The translations under genes and the position numbers were made by a program. 64,000 nucleotides of DNA. Origin: Schmidtea polychroa. Its lineage: Eukaryota. Every line of letters starts with the position of its first letter. Position 1 is the first letter of the stretch. This document shows, piece after piece, positions 24,843 to 35,663 of this stretch. The stretch lies in contig CM097887.1 in assembly GCA_044892525.1 (NCBI GenBank), positions 118,522,397 through 118,586,396 of the forward strand, in the 5' to 3' direction. The notes under the pieces are model-generated. The model was not told the origin of the DNA, did not search any database, and saw only the letters and a list, made by a program, of their open reading frames with translations.

Positions 24843-27254
24843 AATACAATTGCTTACAGTATTTTGAAGCTGATAGTTAACGAATGAAATCAAAGTTATC
24901 TAGAATAAAAATAATTCAAATTTGTTGGTAACACAAGTTCTTGCGAAACACCAAAGATTCATCGGTTTTGCGCGACACATTTCCAACAATTACGCGACAT
25001 ATGTTGAGAATCACTGATTAAATAGTGTTACTTACAGTTTAATTTAAATAATTTGAATAAAATCCTTTCACGTTTTCACCTTGGATCTGTTTTAATTTCA
25101 TTTATTTTCATTACGATGTTTTCTGCGACGTAATACAAAATTTTGACACACAAATTTGTAAGTGTTGTTTAATGATTTCATTTACATTTTTACAATGTTG
25201 TGATAAAATATTTTTTATTTTACTATTGCCAAAAGTATTAAAATAATACTTCATTATTTAATTAAAATAAATTTAAATACTCATTAAAATAATATGTAGT
25301 AAAGTGATGTTGATATTTGAATAGTTTCATCCAATCAGATTCAAAGAAATAATGGGACGCCAAACGGAAATCGTAGGGATTTCATCAATTTCATTAAGAA
25401 AACTGAAAAAAAACTCCAAATATTGATCATTACTGACGATATAGATAAAAAAAACTCACATTCAGTTCAGTAAACAACAACAAGAAAAACAATAAGAACA
25501 TTACTAGCAAGCAATAATTTCATTGTTATTTACATTCACACTGCTTTGTCATACTCTTATCTTTATTAATTATCATCTCACGATTCTAGCAGTAAATATT
25601 TTTTTTAATTTTTGTCAATTTTTTTACATAATAATTACTCAACCGTCAAATTGTATCAACTTGATTGTATCGATGTCATCATGACCATGAAACCGTAATT
25701 AGGTAGCTGTTAGATGTTGTCATGCTCCACTGAGTTTCACATTAGATGAGCAATTAAACTCGTCAAATTCTGATCGGCTTCAATCAACTATATCATGAGA
25801 AATAATTATTTGATGATACTATCAAGATAAGTCAATGAATTTTATTAAAAAAATGAATTCCATAATGAAAACAAATATTTGAATGTAAATAATAACGTAA
25901 AAATAAATTTATCCGATTTTTTTAATTTTTTTGAAACTTCTTGAATCGGATCGAGCACTTATGCTTCCGTTTCCGTTTCCATTCTTCAGGTTAATTTTTT
26001 TCTGGAGCTTATATTTTCGATATTTCTGAAGTTTATCTAGAAAATTTTAATATTTATAAGATACAAAAAGTTAATATAATTTTAATATAGGCTTTGAAAT
26101 TTTTTAATCTGATACTGCCATGAAACTAGTCCAATGATCTACTTCTGTATATGTATGTTTTACAGCTTTCCTAACGTCGCACTCATATAGTACTCGTCTT
26201 TCCTTTAACTTTGTAAAGAATTATTATGTTATTATTATGTTATCAATATTTAAGTCTATCACAATTACAATCGATTTGATTTCTCTTACTACAGTTACAA
26301 AAAGATTCACCACTCAAATCTCTCAAATATGCAGTGAGCAATAACAAATTCAATGACTACTAGACTGCATTTTCGGTGGAACTTTCTAGATAAGTATGTA
26401 TTAATTGGTTGGTTACTTTACTTTCTGTTTCCGATTTATCTTTTACGCAAAACAAAGTGAACCATGGAGTTATTTAAATGAAACTGCTTTATCTCTAAGA
26501 TATCTTATTTCTAATTTTCGGTCCCCCAGTTATGATAATAATTTCAAATTTGTTCTGTCTTTTTTTATCTCTCCATTTCAGGGGTTTCTTCAATTTTTTT
26601 CCTTCCGACACAATTTGTGCCTCTCTTTTATAGCTCTTTCATTAGCTCTTATAGGTATTTTAATGATGTATGTCTTTCTTCAAATTTACTTCCTAGTAAT
26701 CTCCGGTGGTCCTCTATTATCTCAGACAGCTGTTGAAATACGAAATCCCGATTGATTCTGCTTTCTCGTTTTCTTTGACTTTCATTGTAATTTATCCATT
26801 ATCACAGAATAGTTTTTGATATGAAAATTTGATTTCGATTTTGTTTTCCTTTTTCAATTGGTATCTATTAATTAAGAACAACCATGTCGTCTTCGATTAT
26901 TTGATTATATCGATTTTTTATCATTTCCTTTTCATTTTTCAGTTTTTACTATTGCTCGTGCTTCTCAGAATTCTGGAACAACATATCCTTTATTTTTTAC
27001 CTGCCACCCACTCAATTTGCTCACTTTTATAACTATTTAATTTTATTTATTTAGGTATCATCAAAAACAATATGAAATTGTACGATTTAAAATTTTTATT
27101 AAGATAAATTAAGTTATCTTACAATGAAGATCTAATGGGGTTTCTTACTAATTTGTCTCAATAAAATATTTAAAATGTGGGAGTGCAATATAATATGTCA
27201 AATAAGTTATATCAGTCAATTGCAAAATGATTTTTTCGCAAAGATTCTAACAAT

Positions 27255-27373
27255 TACCCTAAAATCGCGCAGATAAGCTGCGGCTTATCTGAAAAAGTCA
27301 ATTTTTTTAGAAAATATGTCAAGTGATTTTTAAAAAGAATATAAATGCGGCTTATCTGCGCGATTATAGAATA
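27255..27373. mobile_element. Tc1/pogo-type MITE
   Basis: TIRs TACCCTAAAATCGCGCAGATAAGC / TATTCTATAATCGCGCAGATAAGC with TA ends; internal hairpin AGATAAGC-TGCG-GCTTATCT. Confidence 0.7.
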
Positions 27374-29607
27374 ATATAAACCGAATTCATTCCACCTATC
27401 TAGACTTAGCATCGGGTATTCCTAGTTTATAGTATAAAAATGAAATTTGTGTCATTTAAAAATGAAAATTTTTATAGAAAATGTAAGAAAATTGTCTTGA
27501 AAGATCTGACTCGTTATCAAACAAATTTAATTAACTAATATATACATTCCAAAACATTTAAAAAAAGCTGGCTTCAAGTATATTTCTATAATCAAAAATT
27601 ATCTACACATCCAAAGTCGCGCAATATGAACCACTCGGAATGAGTAAAAAAAATTTTATTTTAGGAAGATTAAAGCAGGCTATAACCAATCTATAACATC
27701 TGTATATATGAATAATGTTGTTTATATTGAGTTTATTATATAAATACTATAATAGAGAAATTGTATACTTCAATAAAGTCATCGATAAGAAGGTGTACTG
27801 CCAGGACACGATTTAATAAATGCATAAAATACAATTTTATGATAGTCCTACCTAATGTTATAATAATAATAACTGTCAGTTTTCTTCGCTAAATCAATCA
27901 TCAAATGTTTCTTTTCATTTGCAAATTCAAACTTTAATTTCAATCTTCTTGGATAGTTTTCTATATTCGCTATTAGTGATATTGAATTTTTCTTTAAATT
28001 TTTTTATTTTATACATTGATTGTTGCACTTGTTCTCACCTGGACGCCAAAATAGAATATTTTTATTTAATGGTATTTACCTTGCTTTAATCATTCTAATT
28101 TTTGTTTTATCAGAATATGAGGCATAAATTAGTGAAACGTGAAAGGTAGTTGTTTATATTTTAGTGTGGGTTTATATGATAAGATGTAGCGAACATGTTA
28201 AAATCCATAATGCATTACACACTAGAAAGTGTTACAGGTATTCTTTTATGTAACGTTTGTCATATGACATTTCCCAAACATTTCTTATGTCATAGGTAGC
28301 CAAATCATTGACCACGATCTACCATTCACCCACAGTTTTATTTTGCTGTTTAGGATTCAAACCAGTTTTAATCTCCATGGTTATTAAATGATAATTTGAC
28401 TACTTGCTTGCGTATAGCGTTAACATTATATGAGACACAATATGAAAAAGTTGTTTTAAGTAAGCAATGCAAATTTTCAGGGACAATAAAAATTAATTTT
28501 TATGATTTCAAATATTATAGAAAATTTTCTTTGTTTTTTATGTGATTTTTTGTATTGTTTATTTTATTAGTTTGAATGTATATAACCCTAACCTTAACCC
28601 AAAAATGTGGCCACCTGTCTTATATCATAAAAACCGATATGTGATTCCCAAATCATGTGTCACGAGATGAATTTAGACTCGACGCGAAAGATTATATATA
28701 TTTTGAAACCTGAAAAGTACAAAACGGAATTTATAATACATTTAATATAGTTCCTGTTATTTAATCTTGAATCCTCAATCAAATAAAGATAAAAATTAAA
28801 GTAGCATCAATTCAATACAGCTTATTGGCGTATTCAATAGACATCTGTTTAATTTTATTTCATTTCTAGCAGAATTTTTCAGTCCAGGAAAGAATTTTGA
28901 AAGAAAATAATCAGCTAAAATGCACGCTGATGAATGAAAGTATTATCACGACTGAGAACCTTAACAATACACAAATACCTCACTCTGTTTTGATTTGGTT
29001 TGCGTAGCATAAATTTTTGACACTCAATTTTCAGTTGACTTCTAAATATTTTCACATTGTGTTGCGTTTTTATTTATAATTTTGCATTATTTTATAATTC
29101 TCAGTAATTTTAATGAAATATGGAAGAATTTTGTAAACAATTAAAATAAAAATGTGAGAGTGCAATCTAGGTATCATTTCACATGAAAAATGCTGCATTC
29201 GTTTGTCATTTCAGTTTACACTATATTTTTACAGAACCAATTACGGATGCAAAGTGAGATATTGGTGCAATAAATTACAAGCGATTCAGTAGATTTTAAA
29301 TTGTTTTTGAGAGAAAATAAATAAAGCTGATATCTTCATCTCGGATTTTGATAGCAATCGTCTCTCTTTGTGAGATTCAACTCATATCACCTCAATTAGT
29401 CACAGAATGAATAATAGAAAACATTACAGTAACAATTCTGAATCTGAAAGTGTACATTTGGCAAAAACAATCAATTATTTTTTTGGTTTCGGACGACTAA
29501 TTGAATGAAATAATGTTTGTTAAAAATGCCTATTCAATGCGATTCCTAATGGCAGACTCGTTTCGAGCTTATTTATTTGTCATCGGTATTATATAAGGAA
29601 CTCTATT

Positions 29608-30357
29608 CTACCTGGAATCAAAACCATCAATCTTGTAACCAGACCGCATCAAATATAAAGAAAGCCTTATCTTATCCATTCGACAATATAGAACGGCTAT
29701 TAAAAATTTGGATTTCACTAGGCTTAATATATTCTTTATTGTTATGACACTATCTATAAATAATTCATTTGATTATATATAAAGTGAGTAGATTAAAGTT
29801 TGGGAATGACTGGCTTAATTTATCTATGCTCATTGACGCAACCAATAGAATTTAAGGATAATTATTAACAGGGATACCTTGCAAATTCGGGTACAACTCA
29901 TTGATGCCCTCAATTAAAGGCCGGACATCGCAAATTTCATTCTGATCGTCTTCTAAAATATTTAATTATTCGATTTCAATATTTATTTTAGAAAATTATT
30001 CCTACTATCAATAGAAACAGGAATATAAATCGATCTGTTTTCAAATTGGACATGCCAAGAATCGGGAAATTGATCAGATATTTGAAGAAGTTTACCATTT
30101 ATATCAGTAAAATCAAAAATATCTTGCATAAAACGATAAATATAGCTGCAAAAAATTATGATTAATCTGATACCTGATTCGTCAATTAAACAATTTTTTC
30201 TAATGTAATCAAGAAAATTCAAAGCACTGCAGTTCGTATTAGCAACAAATTTTTTATTATCTTTTAATATTAGTTAAATTCTTTAAATAAAATAAGCATT
30301 GAAACCTCCATGATGAATCCAGACAAATTTACAATTGACGATGTTATCCACAATCAT
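29608..30357 (-). CDS. CXorf65/C22orf15-like uncharacterised protein, 5 exons, 158 aa
   Basis: Exons 30357-30306, 30260-30174, 30122-30006, 29952-29878, 29753-29608 (477 nt; four phase-1 GT-AG introns of 45, 51, 53 and 124 nt). FVWIHHGDNKKFVANTNCSALNFLDYIRKNC...DFTDINGK...RSIY matches CXorf65 FIFIKHGDNQQFLVNTNC..LLYYIRSK...DLCEQTGK...RSTY. A 3' splice variant at CCAG/GTAGA is possible. Confidence 0.8.
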
Positions 30358-30501
30358 TTGAATATTGGTAATTTTCTAGTTTATCTATTAAATGTATTAA
30401 AACAAAGATTTGTATTAAAAATGCATTATTCAAAAATAAACTTTTTAAAAAGATTTTTGAATACAAATTGACATTACTAACTAAATTTTATTATTCTATA
30501 T

Positions 30502-30623
30502 CAGGGTGGACAAGTGCGGCTCTTTGATCACCTGTGAGGCTCCGATTGAGATCTGTTGTGGGTCTTTGTAATACAGGGAAACCTGTATTTGGCTCTCGAG
30601 GACCTCATGCGTGTCCACCCCTG
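30502..30623. mobile_element. Short hAT MITE (122 bp)
   Basis: TIRs CAGGGTGGACA / CAGGGGTGGACA; 8-bp TSD TTCTATAT / ATCTATAC (6/8). Confidence 0.75.
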
Positions 30624-31559
30624 ATCTATACAATCATTTATTTTACTATTCGGGCAAAGGAAAATTAGTAGAAATGTTCATATAAAATAAATTTATACAT
30701 GAGTGTATGTGTGTGGTTGGCAGTGTTGACCTACTGTTGATACAGGTGTTGTGGTTGTTGACCTTGGCCATGAATGTAAAGCAAACTAATTTTTTTGCAA
30801 TTGGCTCGGCTACAAACCCCAATTAAAAACTTGATGTAATCAGACTATACTCGTTTCTAGTAACCTGGGTAATATGTAATCAAGGTGAAATCTGAAAATA
30901 AATGTGAGAACCATAGGGTCTGCTAAATTCGCGGATTTACTGTGCCCAAGGTGTCAATAAAAGACACAAATTCTACTTTCTAGGGATGTCCCATCGAATC
31001 CTAGCCAGACAAGCACTTAAACACATTATTCAGCTACAGACCGCAAGCATCGTAACTAAATAACACAAATGCCATAATTATCAGTACAAAAATAAGTATT
31101 ATATTACAAAACAAAAGGAAAAATGATGTGTTGGCGTTTAGGGGATACTAGATTCAGATGCTCTAAGGCTACTGCTAGATTTGTCGCCTACTTTTCTCTA
31201 AACTTATCTAAATGTGTTCATGATTATTTCACTTTACCATCCGTGTACCCATGGCAGCGACCATGTTGGTAAAGTACATAGTGGTTGAGAATCAATGAGC
31301 AGGTGAGCTCCATTCCTATGACTTCCTCATTGCACTATCCTTTAGAGTTCATAACTGCCGAAAGACAGTCTTACGTTATTTGGAAACTATTGTCTAAGAT
31401 TTAATCAATAGATCTCTTATCCAGCACATGTCACCTCAAAATTAAGCGCCAGATTACTTACTAAGCGATTACTAGTTATCATTCTCACCAAAAAGACGGC
31501 TAATTACTTGTAAAATTAAAACCAAAAACTTTAATTTTTAACTATATAATCAAAGCGGG

Positions 31560-31957
31560 TGTCAGAGTGGATATGGTGCTCAAATCGATAATGGTTGGGC
31601 ATAGGAATCGTGGTTGCGACTATAGTCTAAAAAGACACTGGAGGAGAAATACTGGAAGTCGAACATCCAATAAAAGGATCATTGGGCCATACCGGCTCGG
31701 TGTAGCCCAGGTGATGGGCCGAAATTACACTGGCCCTTCCATCTGAAGGGAAATACTGGATTCTAGCCTTTGACTCAGCTTCCGTGTAGACTTGGTACAG
31801 TGGATGATCCTGGTCTTGAAAAATATTTCACAGGGCGCGGCTATCGCTGATGAATCCATTACGGCAATTCTCGATGGATCTTCTGTTGTGCCTCCCTCAT
31901 CTTCGAGGTGCTCCGATCTTGGTTTGTAGGAGACAGATCGTCTCATTCTTATCCGAA
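31560..31957 (+). mobile_element. Putative LTR relic
   Basis: Purine tract AAAGCGGG followed by TGTCAG; GC-rich island ending near CCGAACA; same CGGG|TGTC junction as at 22480 (-) and 50407 (+). Confidence 0.35.
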
Positions 31958-32223
31958 CAAGAAAAGCTTGGTTTTAATGAGGTTGTGTTGAGATTCATAA
32001 TTTTCTGTAATAAGTAATCAAGAGTTGATTTGATGTTACTGGATTTTTTGTAATAAGGACTAATTTAATCGAGAGAAAAAAAAGAGATAAGAATGAAGAA
32101 GTTAAATATTACGGAGGGGATCAACTAAGCTCAATGATGGCGACAAGGATGACAATTATATTAATTTTGGAAAAAACATCGTAATATTCATGATGAATTT
32201 AGCCAAAAAAATTACGTAACTAA

Positions 32224-32280
<57 letters not shown>
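32224..32280. repeat. (AAT)19 microsatellite
   Basis: Perfect trinucleotide run. Confidence 0.98.
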
Positions 32281-32568
32281 CGCCATTCGTACATCTTTTC
32301 ACTATATATTTCGATAGCATCACTATCATCATCAGGTTACCTACATTCACGACTGATGAATAACTATAAAATATTGATAATTTATAAACAAATTATAAAA
32401 TCTATAAATTTTTTAAATTATAAATAACAATTTTAAATAATTATTTTTAAAAATAATTTTCAACAAAAAATTATTTTAAACTTTTAAAATTCTTTAAAAA
32501 TATTATTGTAATTATTTTTTTAATTATTTAACACAACTATTATTCAATATACATCAACATACAAAAAC

Positions 32569-33063
32569 TTAATTAAAAACATTCAACACACACGTATTCA
32601 CTGAATTCTGCACATTGATTTTAGGATTAAAAGTTCTTATCAATAATGCTTTACATATCACATGCTCAAAACAATTATCGAAATTTTTTAATAAGATTTT
32701 AAAATCCGACATTCCTAATTCTCTCATACAGACTTTATTATGATCCTTAATATTGGATATTCCCTTCGGTCGACAGTGTTCTTGAACTCGAGTACAGAGA
32801 TGACGGGAAGTCTCTCCAATGTATGTAGCTTTACACTCATTACATGTGAATTGATAAACAAGATCCAAACACAATCCAACCGGCGTTTGAGATTTACTAA
32901 CAAACATACTACGTACTTTGCACGGTTTTGAAACAATTCTATAATTCAATTTACCCGGCTGTTTACCTATATTTCTTTTGAAATCTTTATATCCTTTAGA
33001 ATACGACAATACCATCGTATATTTTGACTCATCTTGTTTGTTAGTGTTTGACCGTTGTCTCAT
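32569..33063 (-). mobile_element. Penelope-like element C-terminal GIY-YIG endonuclease fragment
   Basis: LVYQFTCNECKATYIGETSRHLCTRVQEHC...KALLIRTFNPKINVQ follows the PLE GIY-YIG pattern VY.F.C..C...YIG.T.R.L..R..EH...EAL.I....P.IN.Q; no RT upstream. Confidence 0.85.
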
Positions 33064-33550
33064 TTTTCTCGAAAATTCTTTTTATTTAATTATTGATGTA
33101 AAGGTATAAACACCACGTCTATAAAGATATTAGCATTTATTCAAACAATAAAATCTCCTTAAGATGTAAAACACATTACGTAAAATCTATTAAAATTATT
33201 GATTTGATCTATTTTCTTTTTTTGATATTTCCTTTATTTTTATTCTAACAAAATCACTTGAAAAAGGCTGTGCTGAAAATTTGCGAATATCAGAAAAAAC
33301 ATCGATACCTTTACTGATTCATAATCAATTTTTTAATAAATACAATTCAAACAAAAGATTACAAGTTAATTCTATGCTAAGCCAAAAATTTGTGTTGCAT
33401 TGAATTCAGAGTGAAAATAAATGAAATATCATTAAAATTATTAAAAATAAATTTCATCTAGCCGTATTTTATTATTAAATTTAATTCTTTGTGATAAATC
33501 TTTATTTATAAAATGTCAAAGTTCGAAAAATATCAATTACCAATGTTGTT

Positions 33551-34140
33551 TTGATATTATCAAATTTTTCATGTGACTTGAACTTAATTTTCAATAACAA
33601 AAATTTCGTAAAAATTTCTCCAGTAATTGATAAAATGCGAAGGGCTGTTCGCATGTTTAAGCGATCCCCAACTAAAAATGACATTCTACAGAAGTACATT
33701 TTAGAAGATCACGGAAAAGAACTTAAGCTCCTTTTAGATTGTAAAACAAGATGGAGCAGTTTATTCAATATGCTGGAACGTTTTAATTTTCTCAAGATTT
33801 CTATTCAGAAATGTCAGATTTGAAATCTACCATTTATTTCTCAAATGAAGAGCTTAAGAGTATCCTCGGTATTATTTCGGTCCTGGAGTCCGTGCATTTG
33901 ACAGTAGAAGTATTGTGTCGTAAGGACTAAAATTTACTTACTGCAACACCAGCACTACAATTCATGCTACAAAATCTTGACAATAACGGATCACCAATAT
34001 GTAAACAAATGTCACAAGCGCTTAAATAACGCATTAAAGAACGACTTAGTCCAGAACTCTCTGGTGTCTTACAATATTTACACAAGTCTAGCAGCATTGA
34101 TGAAGATTTCGGTGTGTTTAAGATGCCATTCAAATTATGT
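33551..34140 (+). mobile_element. Decayed hAT transposase (hATm-like) fragment
   Basis: IDKMRRAVRMFKRSPTKNDILQKY...LLLDCKTRWSSLFNMLERF, then with stops LTVEVLCRKD*NLLTA...RIKERL..LSGVLQYLH. Confidence 0.8.
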
Positions 34141-34223
34141 ATAAGGAAATTTGTTCAGAATACTCTAGAAAGTACTAGCAAAAAGTGAGCATGCTTAACA
34201 TACTATAATTGTCTAGCACCCAT

Positions 34224-34333
34224 TGTGGTTCACGGACTGCCGATAGAAGGCTTTTGTCCGATTTCTCTCGGTCCCCGCTGTGTTAATTGATGTTATCGAA
34301 CAACCAGAATACATATAGACACATGAGGTAACA
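34224..34333. mobile_element. Short LTR-like terminal segment (TGT...ACA, 110 bp)
   Basis: Begins TGTGGTT and ends GGTAACA; carries the dispersed GACTGCCGATAGAAGG motif; no partner LTR or TSD found. Confidence 0.35.
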
Positions 34334-34378
34334 TAATAACAATGTTTTTATTCAAATCAAACAATTCATGGCAAGAGT

Positions 34379-34891
34379 TCATAATGCTCCGGTAGACTCT
34401 TTCGGGGTAGTTATTGGTAAGGTCGGTTGAATTGGTCTTTGGACTAAGCTGGCCTGTCGTAACCTGGCCCGAGCAGCAATACCCGGCCGGATTTTCTTCC
34501 GATGGGGAATAGGAGCTGCGAGTTCTTTCGGTTTATGCAGTACTTCTATCAGAGGTTGAATCTTGGTGATTACGTCTCGATCGATCGCTTGGAAATGAAA
34601 CTGGGTTTCAAGTTCTCTCACCCTCAGACGGAGAGCTCGTAGTTCGACTTGGTCTTGAGCGCTCTGCAATTGTAACTGGGAAATTAGTTTCAGGCGCTTT
34701 TGCATCTCCGCCGGCGGGAACCAAGTGCTTTCAAAGTTACGGCAATGTGCTTTGATTCTCGTCAGTTTGGCCCTATACACTTCCGTCTGTTGTTGCGCTC
34801 GTTCCCGGTCCCGACGCATATCTTCCAAGAGTTTTATCACTAAATCAAAAGCATAATTAATGACATGTTCTTTTGTACTCTCGTCAGGCAA
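34379..34891 (-). CDS. Orphan coiled-coil, basic ORF (170 aa) beside LTR-like end
   Basis: Uninterrupted GC-rich ORF in AT-rich DNA; heptad-like segments LEDMRRDRERAQQQ and VELRALRLRVRELE; AATAAA downstream on the minus strand. Confidence 0.4.
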   Translation of the reverse strand: MPDESTKEHVINYAFDLVIKLLEDMRRDRERAQQQTEVYRAKLTRIKAHCRNFESTWFPPAEMQKRLKLISQLQLQSAQDQVELRALRLRVRELETQFHFQAIDRDVITKIQPLIEVLHKPKELAAPIPHRKKIRPGIAARARLRQASLVQRPIQPTLPITTPKESTGAL

Positions 34892-35228
34892 CCCCGCCTC
34901 GTCGCTATAATTATCGTTACATAAAATGCGATCGTCAAGTTGTAACCCTATTAAACTCCGGATCAGCCTTCCGAGTCTCGCTGAAAGCGTCCATGATTTG
35001 GGTGATAAACGAAAAAATAAAATAATAACACATTATGAATAAATTAGAATATAATCAAAGACGATTAAATTAATATTATACAAACGATCATCTATTCAAA
35101 ATAACTAAGGTGCGTTAAGTAAGTCATTAAATAAAAATCAAAACAAAACATGATCACAAGGGGCTGATATTCGGCCCAACAGTTTAATTTGTTCATGCAG
35201 ATTGGTTTTTGCGCGGACGTGCCCGTTT

Positions 35229-35663
35229 TCATGGCTGGTCTGTTTCTGTGAGACGCAGGCCCTGTGGTGGTCTTCTTGGGTGTTCTACGCCACGGCGAAT
35301 GGCGGCTGTTCGTTCTGGGTAGCATTGTAACTTGGCGTACCCGTCGATGTCTTCTAGCTCACCAGCTAGGGTTGCATTCTCGAGCCGTTGTAAACGGTCC
35401 AAGGCCGCTTTGAGGTCCTCGAAGGCTTATGTCAGGGTGAGGGAAGTTGCATTGATAAAGGGATCCACCTTCGGGGTCACAGGGATCACATTTTGATTGG
35501 TACAGTCGTGGATCCGGTACCATATCCACCGGGACCTCAGTCGGGTGACTTCTTCCTCTCTGTCCAGTCTGGTGGATTCGTCTTCTTCCTCTGGGGTTGG
35601 TCCGCGTCCTGATGCAGATGACGAGGAGCTCGCTTGGCCCTCTTCTTGTCCGATGTGAGGCAT
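35229..35663 (-). pseudogene. Orphan ORF with one internal TAA (35427-35429)
   Basis: MPHIGQEEG...TSLTLT* continues in frame for 65 codons (AFEDLKAALDRLQRLENATLAGELEDIDG...); GC-rich. Confidence 0.35.

Noticed and set aside
25880-26210. Exon-like open frames on the minus strand
   Set aside because: Could not join them in consistent phase to a start and stop; no family recognised.
26405-27032. Hydrophobic plus-strand ORFs (also 38752-39021)
   Set aside because: F/L/I richness follows from T-rich DNA; the opposite strand looks like a decayed K/E-rich element ORF that I cannot classify.
28585-28602. Telomere-like TAACCCTAACCTTAACCC
   Set aside because: Only about three degenerate units; such motifs are common in TE subtermini.
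27780-29010. Several open frames with GT/AG borders (e.g. KNSISLIANIENYPRRL on -, QNFSVQERILKENNQL on +)
   Set aside because: No phase-consistent multi-exon model; a real gene may still be present and needs RNA-seq.
30310-30368. Apparent plus-strand first exon MMNPDKFTIDDVIHNHLNI followed by GT
   Set aside because: It is the antisense of CXorf65-like exon 1, and no downstream exon was found.
32340-33200. Hammerhead ribozyme expected near a Penelope-like element
   Set aside because: CTGATGA at about 32353 lacks compatible stems and a downstream GAAA core.
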